DNA of 64,000 nt, taken from Heterodontus francisci (lineage: Eukaryota). The stretch is taken from the NCBI RefSeq assembly GCF_036365525.1, contig NC_090399.1:66272862-66336861 (forward strand). Reading direction: 5' to 3'. Made by a program: the position numbers and the translations under genes. Within the stretch, counting starts at the first letter, position 1. Each line of letters begins with the position of its first letter. Shown piece after piece: positions 51,360 through 62,200 of this stretch. The notes beneath the pieces are model-generated. The model was not told the DNA's origin. It searched no databases and worked only from the letters and a program-made list of their open reading frames with translations.

Positions 51360-54300
51360 TTCCCCCCTCACCTGTTCTGTCGCTCTCAGTTCCCCCACAC
51401 TCGTCCCCTCGCTCTCAGTTCCCCCCTCACTCGTCCCCTCGCTCTCAGTTCCCCCCTCACTCTCTCCCTCGCTCTCAGTTCCCCCCTCACTCGTCCCCTC
51501 GCTCTCAGTTCCCCCCTCACTCGTCCCCTCGCTCTCAGTTCCCCCCTCACTCGTCCCCTCGCTCTCAGTTCCCCCCTCACTCGTCCCCTCGCTCTCAGTT
51601 CCCCCCTCACTCGTTCACACACTATCAGTTCCCCCCTCACTCGTTCCCTCGCTCTCAGTTCCCCCCTCACTCGTTCACTCACTCTCAGTTCCCCCCTCAC
51701 TCGTTCGCTCACTCTCAGTTCCCCCCTCACTCGTTCGCTCACTCTCAGTTCCCCCTCACTCGTTCGCTGACTCTCAGTTCCCCCCTCACTCGTTCCCTCG
51801 CTCTCAGTTCCCCCCTCACTCGTCCCCTCGCTCTCAGTTCCCCCCTCACTCGTCCCCTCGCTCTCAGTTCCCCCCTCACTCGTCCCCTCGCTCTCAGTTC
51901 CCCCCTCACTCGTTCGCTCGCTCTCAGTTCCCCCCTCACTCGTCCCCCCTCACTCGTTCACACACTATCAGTTCCCCCCTCACTCGTTCCCTCGCTCTCA
52001 GTTCCCCCCTCACTCGTTCGCTCACTCTCAGTTCCCCCCTCACTCGTTCGCTCACTCTCAGTTCCCCCCTCACTCGTTCGCTCACTCTCAGTTCCCCCCT
52101 CACTCGTTCGCTCACTCTCAGTTCCCCCCTCACTCGTTCGCTCACTCTCAGTTCCCCCCTCACTCGTTCGCTCACTCTCAGTTCCCCCCTCACTCGTTCG
52201 CTCACTCTCAGTTCCCCCCTCACTCGTACGCTCACTCTCAGTTCCCACCTCACTCGTTCGCTCACTCTCAGTTCCCACCTCACTCGTTCGCTCACTCTCA
52301 CTTCCCCCGTCACTGTTTCACTCGCACTCAGTTCCCCCCTCACTCGTTCACTCACTCTCAGTTCCCCCCTCACTCGTTCGCTCACTCTCAGTTCCCCCCT
52401 CACTCGTTCGCTCACTCTCAGTTCCCCCCTCACTCGTACGCTCACTCTCAGTTCCCACCTCACTCGTTCGCTCACTCTCAGTTCCCACCTCACTCGTTCG
52501 CTCACTCTCAGTTCCCCCCCTCACTCGTTCGCTCACTCTCAGTTCCCCCCTCACTCGTTCGCTCACTCTCAGTTCCCCCCTCACTCGTTCGCTCACTCTC
52601 AGTTCCCCCCTCACTCGTACGCTCACTCTCAGTTCCCACCTCACTCGTTCGCTCACTCTCAGTTCCCACCTCACTCGTTCGCTCACTCTCACTTCCCCCG
52701 TCACTGTTTCACTCGCACTCAGTTCCCCCCTCACTCGTTCACTCACTCTCAGTTCCCCCCTCACTCGTTCGCTCACTCTCAGTTCCCCCCTCACTCACTC
52801 ACTCGCTCTCAGTTCTCCCCTCACCTGTTCCGTCGCTCTCAGTTCCCCCCTCACTCGTTCCCTCGCTCTCAGTTCCCCTCTCACTCACTCACTCGCTCTC
52901 AGTTTCCCCCCTCACTCGTCCCCTCGCTCTCAGTTCCCCCCTCACCTGTTCTGTCGCTCTCAGTTCCCCCCTCACTAGTTCCCTCGCTCTCAGTTCCCCC
53001 CTCACTCGTTCCCTCGCTCTCAGTTCTCCCCTCACCTGTTCCGTCGCTCTCAGTTCCCCCCTCACTCGTTCCCTCGCTCTCAGTTCCCCTCTCACTCACT
53101 CACTCGCTCTCAGTTCCCCCCTCACTCGTTCCCTCGCTCTCAGTTCCCCTCTCACTCACTCACTCGCTCTCAGTTCCCCCCTCACTCGTTCCCTCGCTCT
53201 CAGTTCCCCCCTCACCTGTTCTGTCGCTCTCAGTTCCCCCACACTCGTCCCCTCGCTCTCAGTTCCCCCCTCACTCGTCCCCTCGCTCTCAGTTCCCCCC
53301 TCACTCGTTCCCTCGCTCTCAGTTCCCCCCTCACTCGTCCCCTCGCTCTCAGTTCCCCCCTCACTCGTCCCTCGCTCTCAGTTCCCCCCTCACTCGTCCC
53401 CTCGCTCTCAGTTCCCCCCTCACTCGTCCCTCGCTCTCAGTTCCCCCCTCACTCGTTCACACACTATCAGTTCCCCCCTCACTCGTTCCCTCGCTCTCAG
53501 TTCCCCCCTCACTCGTTCACTCACTCTCAGTTCCCCCCTCACTCGTTCGCTCACTCTCAGTTCCCCCCTCACTCGTTCGCTCACTCTCAGTTCCCCCCTC
53601 ACTCGTACGCTCACTCTCAGTTCCCCCTCACTCGTACGCTCACTCTCAGTCCCCCCTCACTCGTTCGCTGACTCTCAGTTCCCCCCTCACTCGTCCCCTC
53701 GCTCTCAGTTCCCCCCTCACTCGTCCCCATCGCTCTCAGTTCCCCCCTCACTCGTCCCCTCGCTCTCAGTTCCCCCCTCACTCGTCCCCTCGCTCTCAGT
53801 TCCCCCCTCACTCGTCCCCTCGCTCTCAGTTCCCCCCTCACTCGTCCCCCCTCACTCGTTCACACACTATCAGTTCCCCCCTCACTCGTTCCCTCGCTCT
53901 CAGTTCCCCCCTCACTCGTTCGCTCACTCTCAGTTCCCCCCTCACTCGTTCGCTCACCTCTCAGTTCCCCCCTCACTCGTTCGCTCACTCTCAGTTCCCC
54001 CCTCACTCGTTCGCTCACTCTCAGTTCCCCCCTCACTCGTTCGCTCACTCTCAGTTCCCACCTCACTCGTTCGCTCACTCTCAGTTCCCACCTCACTCGT
54101 TCGCTCACTCTCACTTCCCCCGTCACTGTTTCACTCGCACTCAGTTCCCCCCTCACTCGTTCGCTCGCTCTCAGTTCCCCCCTCACTCGTTCTCTCGCTC
54201 TCAGTTCCCCCCTCGCTCGTTCCCTCGTTCTCAGTTCCCCCCTCACCCGTTCCCTCGCTCTCAGTTACCCCCTCACTCGTTCCCTCGCTCTCAGTTACCC

Positions 54301-57300
54301 ACTCACTCGTTCACTCGCTCTCAGTTCCCCCCTCACTCGTTCACTCGCTCTCAGTTCCCCCTCACTCGTTCCCTCGCTCTCAGTTACCCCCTCACTCGTC
54401 CCCTCGTTCTCAGTTCCCCCCTCACTCGTTCCCTCGCTCTCAGTTCCCCCCTCACTCGTTCACACACTCTCAGTTCCCCCTCACTCGTTCCCTCGCTCTC
54501 AGTTCCCCCTCACTCGTTCCCTCGTTCTCAGTTCCCCCCTCACTCGTTCCCTCGCTCTCAGTTCCCCCCTCACTCGTTCCCTCGCTCTCAGTTCCCCCCT
54601 CACTCGTTCACTCACTATCAGTTCCCCCCTCACTCGTTCCCTCGCTCTCAGTTCCCCCTCACTCGTTCCCTCGCTCACGATTCCCCCCTCACTCGTTCAC
54701 TCACTATCAGTTCCCCCCTCACTTGTTCCCTCGCTCTCAGTTCCCCCCTCACTCGTTCACCTCACTATCAGTTCCCCCCTCACTCGTCCCCTCGCTCTCA
54801 GTTCCCCCCTCACTCGTCCCCTCGCTCTCAGTTCCCCCCTCACTCGTCCCCTCGCTCTCAGTTCCCCCCTCACTCGTTCACACACTATCAGTTCCCCCCT
54901 CACTCGTTCCCTCGCTCTCAGTTCCCCCCTCACCTGTTCTGTCGCTCTCAGTTCCCCCACACTCGTCCCCTCGCTCTCAGTTCCCCCCTCACTCGTCCCC
55001 ATCGCTCTCAGTTCCCCCCTCACTCGTTCCCTCGCTCTCAGTTCCCCCCTCACTCGTCCCCTCGCTCTCAGTTCCCCCCTCACTCGTCCCCTCGCTCTCA
55101 GTTCCCCCCTCACTCGTCCCCTCGCTCTCAGTTCCCCCCTCACTCGTCCCCTCGCTCTCAGTTCCCCCCTCACTCGTTCACACACTATCAGTTCCCCCCT
55201 CACTCGTTCCCTCGCTCTCAGTTCCCCCCTCACTCGTTCACTCACTCTCAGTTCCCCCCTCACTCGTTCGCTCACTCTCAGTTCCCCCCTCACTCGTTCG
55301 CTCACTCTCAGTTCCCCCCTCACTCGTTCGCTGACTCTCAGTTCCCCCCTCACTCGTTCCCTCGCTCTCAGTTCCCCCCTCACTCGTCCCCTCGCTCTCA
55401 GTTCCCCCCTCACTCGTCCCCTCGCTCTCAGTTCCCCCTCACTCGTCCCCTCGCTCTCAGTTCCCCCTCACTCGTTCGCATCGCTCTCAGTTCCCCCCTC
55501 ACTCGTCCCCCCTCACTCGTTCACACACTATCAGTTCCCCCTCACACTCGTTCCCTCGCTCTCAGTTCCCCCCTCACTCGTTCGCTCACTCTCAGTTCCC
55601 CCCTCACTCGTTCGCTCACTCTCAGTTCCCCCCTCACTCGTTCGCTCACTCTCAGTTCCCCCCTCACTCGTTCGCTCACTCTCAGTTCCCCCCTCACTCG
55701 TTCGCTCACTCTCAGTTCCCCCCTCACTCGTTCGCATCACTCTCAGTTCCCCCCTCACTCGTTCGCTCACTCTCAGTTCCCCCCTCACTCGTACGCTCAC
55801 TCTCAGTTCCCACCTCACTCGTTCGCTCACTCTCAGTTCCCACCTCACTCGTTCGCTCACTCTCACTTCCCCCGTCACTGTTTCACTCGCACTCAGTTCC
55901 CCCCTCACTCGTTCACTCACTCTCAGTTCCCCCTCACTCGTTCGCTCACTCTCAGTTCCCCCCTCACTCGTTCGCTCACTCTCAGTTCCCCCCTCACTCG
56001 TACGCTCACTCTCAGTTCCCCCCTCACTCGTTCGCTCACTCTCAGTTCCCACCTCACTCGTTCGCTCACTCTCAGTTCCCCCCTCACTCGTTCGCTCACT
56101 CTCAGTTCCCACCTCACTCGTTCGCTCACTCTCAGTTCCCCCCTCACTCGTTCGCTCACTCTCAGTTCCCCCCTCACTCGTACGCTCACTCTCAGTTCCC
56201 ACCTCACTCGTTCGCTCACTCTCAGTTCCCACCTCACTCGTTCGCTCACTCTCACTTCCCCCGTCACTGTTTCACTCGCACTCAGTTCCCCCCTCACTCG
56301 TTCACTCACTCTCAGTTCCCCCCTCACTCTCAGTTCCCACCTCACTCGTTCGCTCACTCTCACTTCCCCCGTCACTGTTTCACTCGCACTCAGTTCCCCC
56401 TCACTCGTTCACTCACTCTCAGTTCCCACCTCACTCGTTCGCTCACTCTCAGTTCCCACCTCACTCGTTCGCTCACTCTCACTTCCCCCGTCACTGTTTC
56501 ACTCGCACTCAGTTCCCCCCTCACTCGTTCACTCACTCTCAGTTCCCCCCTCACTCGTTCGCTCACTCTCAGTTCCCCCCTCACTCACTCACTCGCTCTC
56601 AGTTCTCCCCTCACCTGTTCCGTCGCTCTCAGTTCCCCCCTCACTCGTTCCCTCGCTCTCAGTTCCCCTCTCACTCACTCACTCGCTCTCAGTTCCCCCC
56701 TCACTCGTCCCCTCGCTCTCAGTTCCCCCCTCACCTGTTCTGTCGCTCTCAGTTCCCCCCTCACTAGTTCCCTCGCTCTCAGTTCCCCCCTCACTCGTTC
56801 CCTCGCTCTCAGTTCTCCCCTCACCTGTTCCGTCGCTCTCAGTTCCCCCCTCACTCGTTCCCTCGCTCTCAGTTCCCCTCTCACTCACTCACTCGCTCTC
56901 AGTTCCCCCCTCACTCGTTCCCTCGCTCTCAGTTCCCCTCTCACTCACTCACTCGCTCTCAGTTCCCCCCTCACTCGTTCCCTCGCTCTCAGTTCCCCCC
57001 TCACCTGTTCTGTCGCTCTCAGTTCCCCACACTCGTCCCCTCGCTCTCAGTTCCCCCCTCACTCGTCCCCTCGCTCTCAGTTCCCCCCTCACTCGTTCCC
57101 TCGCTCTCAGTTCCCCCCTCACTCGTCCCCTCGCTCTCAGTTCCCCCCTCACTCGTCCCCTCGCTCTCAGTTCCCCCCTCACTCGTCCCCTCGCTCTCAG
57201 TTCCCCCCTCACTCGTCCCCTCGCTCTCAGTTCCCCCCTCACTCGTTCACACACTATCAGTTCCCCCCTCACTCGTTCCCTCGCTCTCAGTTCCCCCCTC

Positions 57301-58700
57301 ACTCGTTCACTCACTCTCAGTTCCCCCCTCACTCGTTCGCTCACTCTCAGTTCCCCCCTCACTCGTTCGCTCACTCTCAGTTCCCCCCTCACTCGTACGC
57401 TCACTCTCAGTTCCCCTCACTCGTACGCTCACTCTCAGTTCCCCCCTCACTCGTTCGCTGACTCTCAGTTCCCCCCTCACTCGTCCCCTCGCTCTCAGTT
57501 CCCCCCTCACTCGTCCCCTCGCTCTCAGTTCCCCCCTCACTCGTCCCCTCGCTCTCAGTTCCCCCCTCACTCGTCCCCTCGCTCTCAGTTCCCCCTCACT
57601 CGTCCCCTCGCTCTCAGTTCCCCCTCACTCGTCCCCCTCACTCGTTCACACACTATCAGTTCCCCCCTCACTCGTTCCTCGCTCTCAGTTCCCCCCTCAC
57701 TCGTTCGCTCACTCTCAGTTCCCCCCTCACTCGTTCGCTCACTCTCAGTTCCCCCCTCACTCGTTCGCTCACTCTCAGTTCCCCCCTCACTCGTTCGCTC
57801 ACTCTCAGTTCCCCCTCACTCGTTCGCTCACTCTCAGTTCCCACCTCACTCGTTCGCTCACTCTCAGTTCCCACCTCACTCGTTCGCTCACTCTCACTTC
57901 CCCCGTCACTGTTTCACTCGCACTCAGTTCCCCCCTCACTCGTTCGCTCGCTCTCAGTTCCCCCCTCACTCGTTCTCTCGCTCTCAGTTCCCCCCTCGCT
58001 CGTTCCCTCGTTCTCAGTTCCCCCCTCACCCGTTCCCTCGCTCTCAGTTACCCCTCACTCGTTCCCTCGCTCTCAGTTACCCACTCACTCGTTCACTCGC
58101 TCTCAGTTCCCCCTCACTCGTTCATCGCTCTCAGTTCCCCCCTCACTCGTTCCCTCGCTCTCAGTTACCCCCTCACTCGTCCCCTCGTTCTCAGTTCCCC
58201 CCTCACTCGTTCCCTCGCTCTCAGTTCCCCCTCACTCGTTCACACACTCTCAGTTCCCCCCTCACTCGTTCCCTCGCTCTCAGTTTCCCCCCTCACTCGT
58301 TCCCTCGTTCTCAGTTCCCCCCTCACTCGTTCCCTCGCTCTCAGTTCCCCCTCACTCGTTCCCTCGCTCTCAGTTCCCCCTCACTCGTTCACTCACTATC
58401 AGTTCCCCCCTCACTCGTTCCCTCGCTCTCAGTTCCCCTCACTCGTTCCCTCGCTCACGATTCCCCCCTCACTCGTTCACTCACTATCAGTTCCCCCCTC
58501 ACTTGTTCCCTCGCTCTCAGTTCCCCCCTCACTCGTTCACTCACTATCAGTTCCCCCCTCACTCGTCCCCTCGCTCTCAGTTCCCCCCTCACTCGTCCCC
58601 TCGCTCTCAGTTCCCCCCTCACTCGTCCCTCGCTCTCAGTTCCCCCCTCACTCGTTCACACACTATCAGTTCCCCCCTCACTCGTTCCCTCGCTCTCAGT
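51360..58700 (+). repeat. ~3.6-3.8-kb tandem duplication (~51360-54920 / ~54920-58700)
   Basis: The ACTAGT variant is seen only at 52974 and 56763 (offset 3789). TCGCTCACGATT occurs at 54671/58451 and the 14-bp short unit at 51941/55504. Copy 2 has extra CACTGTTTCA monomers at ~56330-56520. Confidence 0.85.
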
Positions 58701-61700
58701 TCCCCCCTCACTCGTTCACTCACTCTCAGTTCCCCCCTCACTCGTTCGCTCACTCTCAGTTCCCCCTCACTCGTTCGCTCACTCTCAGTTCCCCCCTCAC
58801 TCGTACGCTCACTCTCAGTTCCCCCTCACTCGTACGCTCACTCTCAGTTCCCCCCTCACTCGTTCGCTGACTCTCAGTTCCCCCTCACTCGTTCCCTCGC
58901 TCTCAGTTCCCCCTCACTCGTCCCCTCGCTCTCAGTTCCCCCCTCACTCGTCCCCTCGCTCTCAGTTCCCCCCTCACTCGTCCCCTCGCTCTCAGTTCCC
59001 CCCTCACTCGTCCCCTCGCTCTCAGTTCCCCCCTCACTCGTCCCCTCGCTCTCAGTTCCCCCCTCACTCGTCCCCCCTCACTCGTTCACACACTATCAGT
59101 TCCCCCCTCACTCGTTCCCTCGCTCTCAGTTCCCCCCTCACTCGTTCGCTCACTCTCAGTTCCCCCCTCACTCGTTCGCTCACTCTCAGTTCCCCCCTCA
59201 CTCGTTCGCTCACTCTCAGTTCCCCCCTCACTCGTTCGCTCACTCTCAGTTCCCCCCTCACTCGTTCGCTCACTCTCAGTTCCCCCTCACTCGTTCGCTC
59301 ACTCTCAGTTCCCACCTCACTCGTTCGCTCACTCTCAGTTCCCACCTCACTCGTTCGCTCACTCTCACTTCCCCGTCACTGTTTCACTCGCACTCAGTTC
59401 CCCCCTCACTCGTTCGCTCGCTCTCAGTTCCCCCCTCACTCGTTCTCTCGCTCTCAGTTCCCCCCTCGCTCGTTCCCTCGTTCTCAGTTCCCCCCTCACC
59501 CGTTCCCTCGCTCTCAGTTACCCCCTCACTCGTTCCCTCGCTCTCAGTTACCCCCTCACTCGTTCACTCGCTCTCAGTTCCCCCCTCACTCGTTCACTCG
59601 CTCTCAGTTCCCCCCTCACTCGTTCCCTCGCTCTCAGTTACCCCCTCACTCGTCCCCTCGTTCTCAGTTCCCCCTCACTCGTTCCCTCGCTCTCAGTTCC
59701 CCCCTCACTCGTTCACACACTCTCAGTTCCCCCCTCACTCGTTCCCTCGCTCTCAGTTCCCCCTCACTCGTTCCCTCGTTCTCAGTTCCCCCCTCACTCG
59801 TTCCCTCGCTCTCAGTTCCCCCCTCACTCGTTCCCTCGCTCTCAGTTCCCCCCTCACTCGTTCACTCACTATCAGTTCCCCCCTCACTCGTTCCCTCGCT
59901 CTCAGTTCCCCCTCACTCGTTCCCTCGCTCACGATTCCCCCCTCACTCGTTCACTCACTATCAGTTCCCCCCTCACTTGTTCCCTCGCTCTCAGTTCCCC
60001 CCTCACTCGTTCCCTCGCTCTCAGTTCCCANNNNNNNNNNNNNNNNNNNNNNNNNNNNNNNNNNNNNNNNNNNNNNNNNNNNNNNNNNNNNNNNNNNNNN
60101 NNNNNNNNNNNNNNNNNNNNNNNNNNNNNNNNNNNNNNNNNNNNNNNNNNNNNNNNNNNNNNNNNNNNNNNNNNNNNNNNNNNNNNNNNNNNNNNNNNNN
60201 NNNNNNNNNNNNNNNNNNNNNNNNNNNNNNTTCAGTTACCCACTCACTCGTTCACTCGCTCTCAGTTCCCCCCTCACTCGTTCACTCGCTCTCAGTTCCC
60301 CCCTCACTCGTTCCCTCGCTCTCAGTTACCCCCTCACTCGTCCCCTCGTTCTCAGTTCCCCCCTCACTCGTTCCCTCGCTCTCAGTTCCCCCCTCACTCG
60401 TTCACACACTCTCAGTTCCCCCCTCACTCGTTCCCTCGCTCTCAGTTCCCCCCTCACTCGTTCCCTCGTTCTCAGTTCCCCCCTCACTCGTTCCCTCGCT
60501 CTCAGTTCCCCCCTCACTCGTTCCCTCGCTCTCAGTTCCCCCCTCACTCGTTCACTCACTATCAGTTCCCCCCTCACTCGTTCCCTCGCTCTCAGTTCCC
60601 CCTCACTCGTTCCCTCGCTCACGATTCCCCCCTCACTCGTTCACTCACTATCAGTTCCCCCCTCACTTGTTCCCTCGCTCTCAGTTCCCCCCTCACTCGT
60701 TCACTCACTATCAGTTCCCCCCTCACTCGTCCCCTCGCTCTCAGTTCCCCCCTCACTCGTCCCCTCGCTCTCAGTTCCCCCCTCACTCGTCCCCTCGCTC
60801 TCAGTTCCCCCTCACTCGTTCACACACTATCAGTTCCCCCCTCACTCGTTCCCTCGCTCTCAGTTCCCCCCTCACTCGTTCACTCACTCTCAGTTCCCCC
60901 CTCACTCGTTCGCTCACTCTCAGTTCCCCCCTCACTCGTTCGCTCACTCTCAGTTCCCCCCTCACTCGTACGCTCACTCTCAGTTCCCCCTCACTCGTAC
61001 GCTCACTCTCAGTTCCCCCCTCACTCGTTCGCTGACTCTCAGTTCCCCCCTCACTCGTTCCCTCGCTCTCAGTTCCCCCTCACTCGTCCCCTCGCTCTCA
61101 GTTCCCCCCTCACTCGTCCCCTCGCTCTCAGTTCCCCCCTCACTCGTCCCCTCGCTCTCAGTTCCCCCCTCACTCGTCCCCTCGCTCTCAGTTCCCCCCT
61201 CACTCGTCCCCTCGCTCTCAGTTCCCCCCTCACTCGTCCCCCCTCACTCGTTCACACACTATCAGTTCCCCCCTCACTCGTTCCCTCGCTCTCAGTTCCC
61301 CCCTCACTCGTTCGCTCACTCTCAGTTCCCCCCTCACTCGTTCGCTCACTCTCAGTTCCCCCCTCACTCGTTCGCTCACTCTCAGTTCCCCCCTCACTCG
61401 TTCGCTCACTCTCAGTTCCCCCCTCACTCGTTCGCTCACTCTCAGTTCCCCCCTCACTCGTTCGCTCACTCTCAGTTCCCACCTCACTCGTTCGCTCACT
61501 CTCAGTTCCCACCTCACTCGTTCGCTCACTCTCACTTCCCCCGTCACTGTTTCACTCGCACTCAGTTCCCCCCTCACTCGTTCGCTCGCTCTCAGTTCCC
61601 CCCTCACTCGTTCTCTCGCTCTCAGTTCCCCCCTCGCTCGTTCCCTCGTTCTCAGTTCCCCCCTCACCCGTTCCCTCGCTCTCAGTTACCCCCTCACTCG

Positions 61701-62200
61701 TTCCCTCGCTCTCAGTTACCCCCTCACTCGTTCACTCGCTCTCAGTTCCCCCCTCACTCGTTCACTCGCTCTCAGTTCCCCCCTCACTCGTTCCCTCGCT
61801 CTCAGTTACCCCCTCACTCGTCCCCTCGTTCTCAGTTCCCCCCTCACTCGTTCCCTCGCTCTCAGTTCCCCCCTCACTCGTTCACACACTCTCAGTTCCC
61901 CCCTCACTCGTTCCCTCGCTCTCAGTTCCCCCCTCACTCGTTCCCTCGTTCTCAGTTCCCCCCTCACTCGTTCCCTCGCTCTCAGTTCCCCCCTCACTCG
62001 TTCCCTCGCTCTCAGTTCCCCCCTCACTCGTTCACTCACTATCAGTTCCCCCCTCACTCGTTCCCTCGCTCTCAGTTCCCCCTCACTCGTTCCCTCGCTC
62101 ACGATTCCCCCCTCACTCGTTCACTCACTATCAGTTCCCCCCTCACTTGTTCCCTCGCTCTCAGTTCCCCCCTCACTCGTTCCCTCGCTCTCAGTTCCCC
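57200..62200 (+). repeat. ~1.48-kb higher-order repeat unit (several copies; also at ~53430-54870)
   Basis: GCTCACGATTCC at ~58453, ~59927, ~60617 and ~62097 (spacings ~1475 and 1480). Identical ORF translations at 60326-60622 and 61806-62102 are offset by 1480. Confidence 0.85.
60031..60230. other. Assembly gap (exactly 200 N)
   Basis: Run of 200 n characters. The round fixed length is typical of a scaffolding spacer, not a measured gap size. Confidence 0.99.

Larger units (their letters stand above)
1..60030 (+). repeat. 30-bp satellite/minisatellite tandem array, consensus CTCAGTTCCCCCCTCACTCGTTCCCTCGCT, C-rich strand on +, left of gap
   Basis: A 30-bp period is directly visible, e.g. 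perfect consensus copies at ~541-900 and ~3901-4200. Every stretch read is this monomer or a substitution/indel variant of it, all in the same orientation. The array is already running at the left window edge. Confidence 0.99.

Noticed and set aside
1324-61035. Giant + strand ORFs (up to 4120 aa; SQFPPHSFPR / LSSPLTRSLA / SVPPSLVPSL repeats) as mucin- or extensin-like genes
   Set aside because: The A-poor consensus has no stop in any + frame, so all three frames are open by default. The ORFs overlap, switch between the three peptide types at 1-bp indels, mostly start at TTG variants, have no unique domain, and one runs through the N gap.
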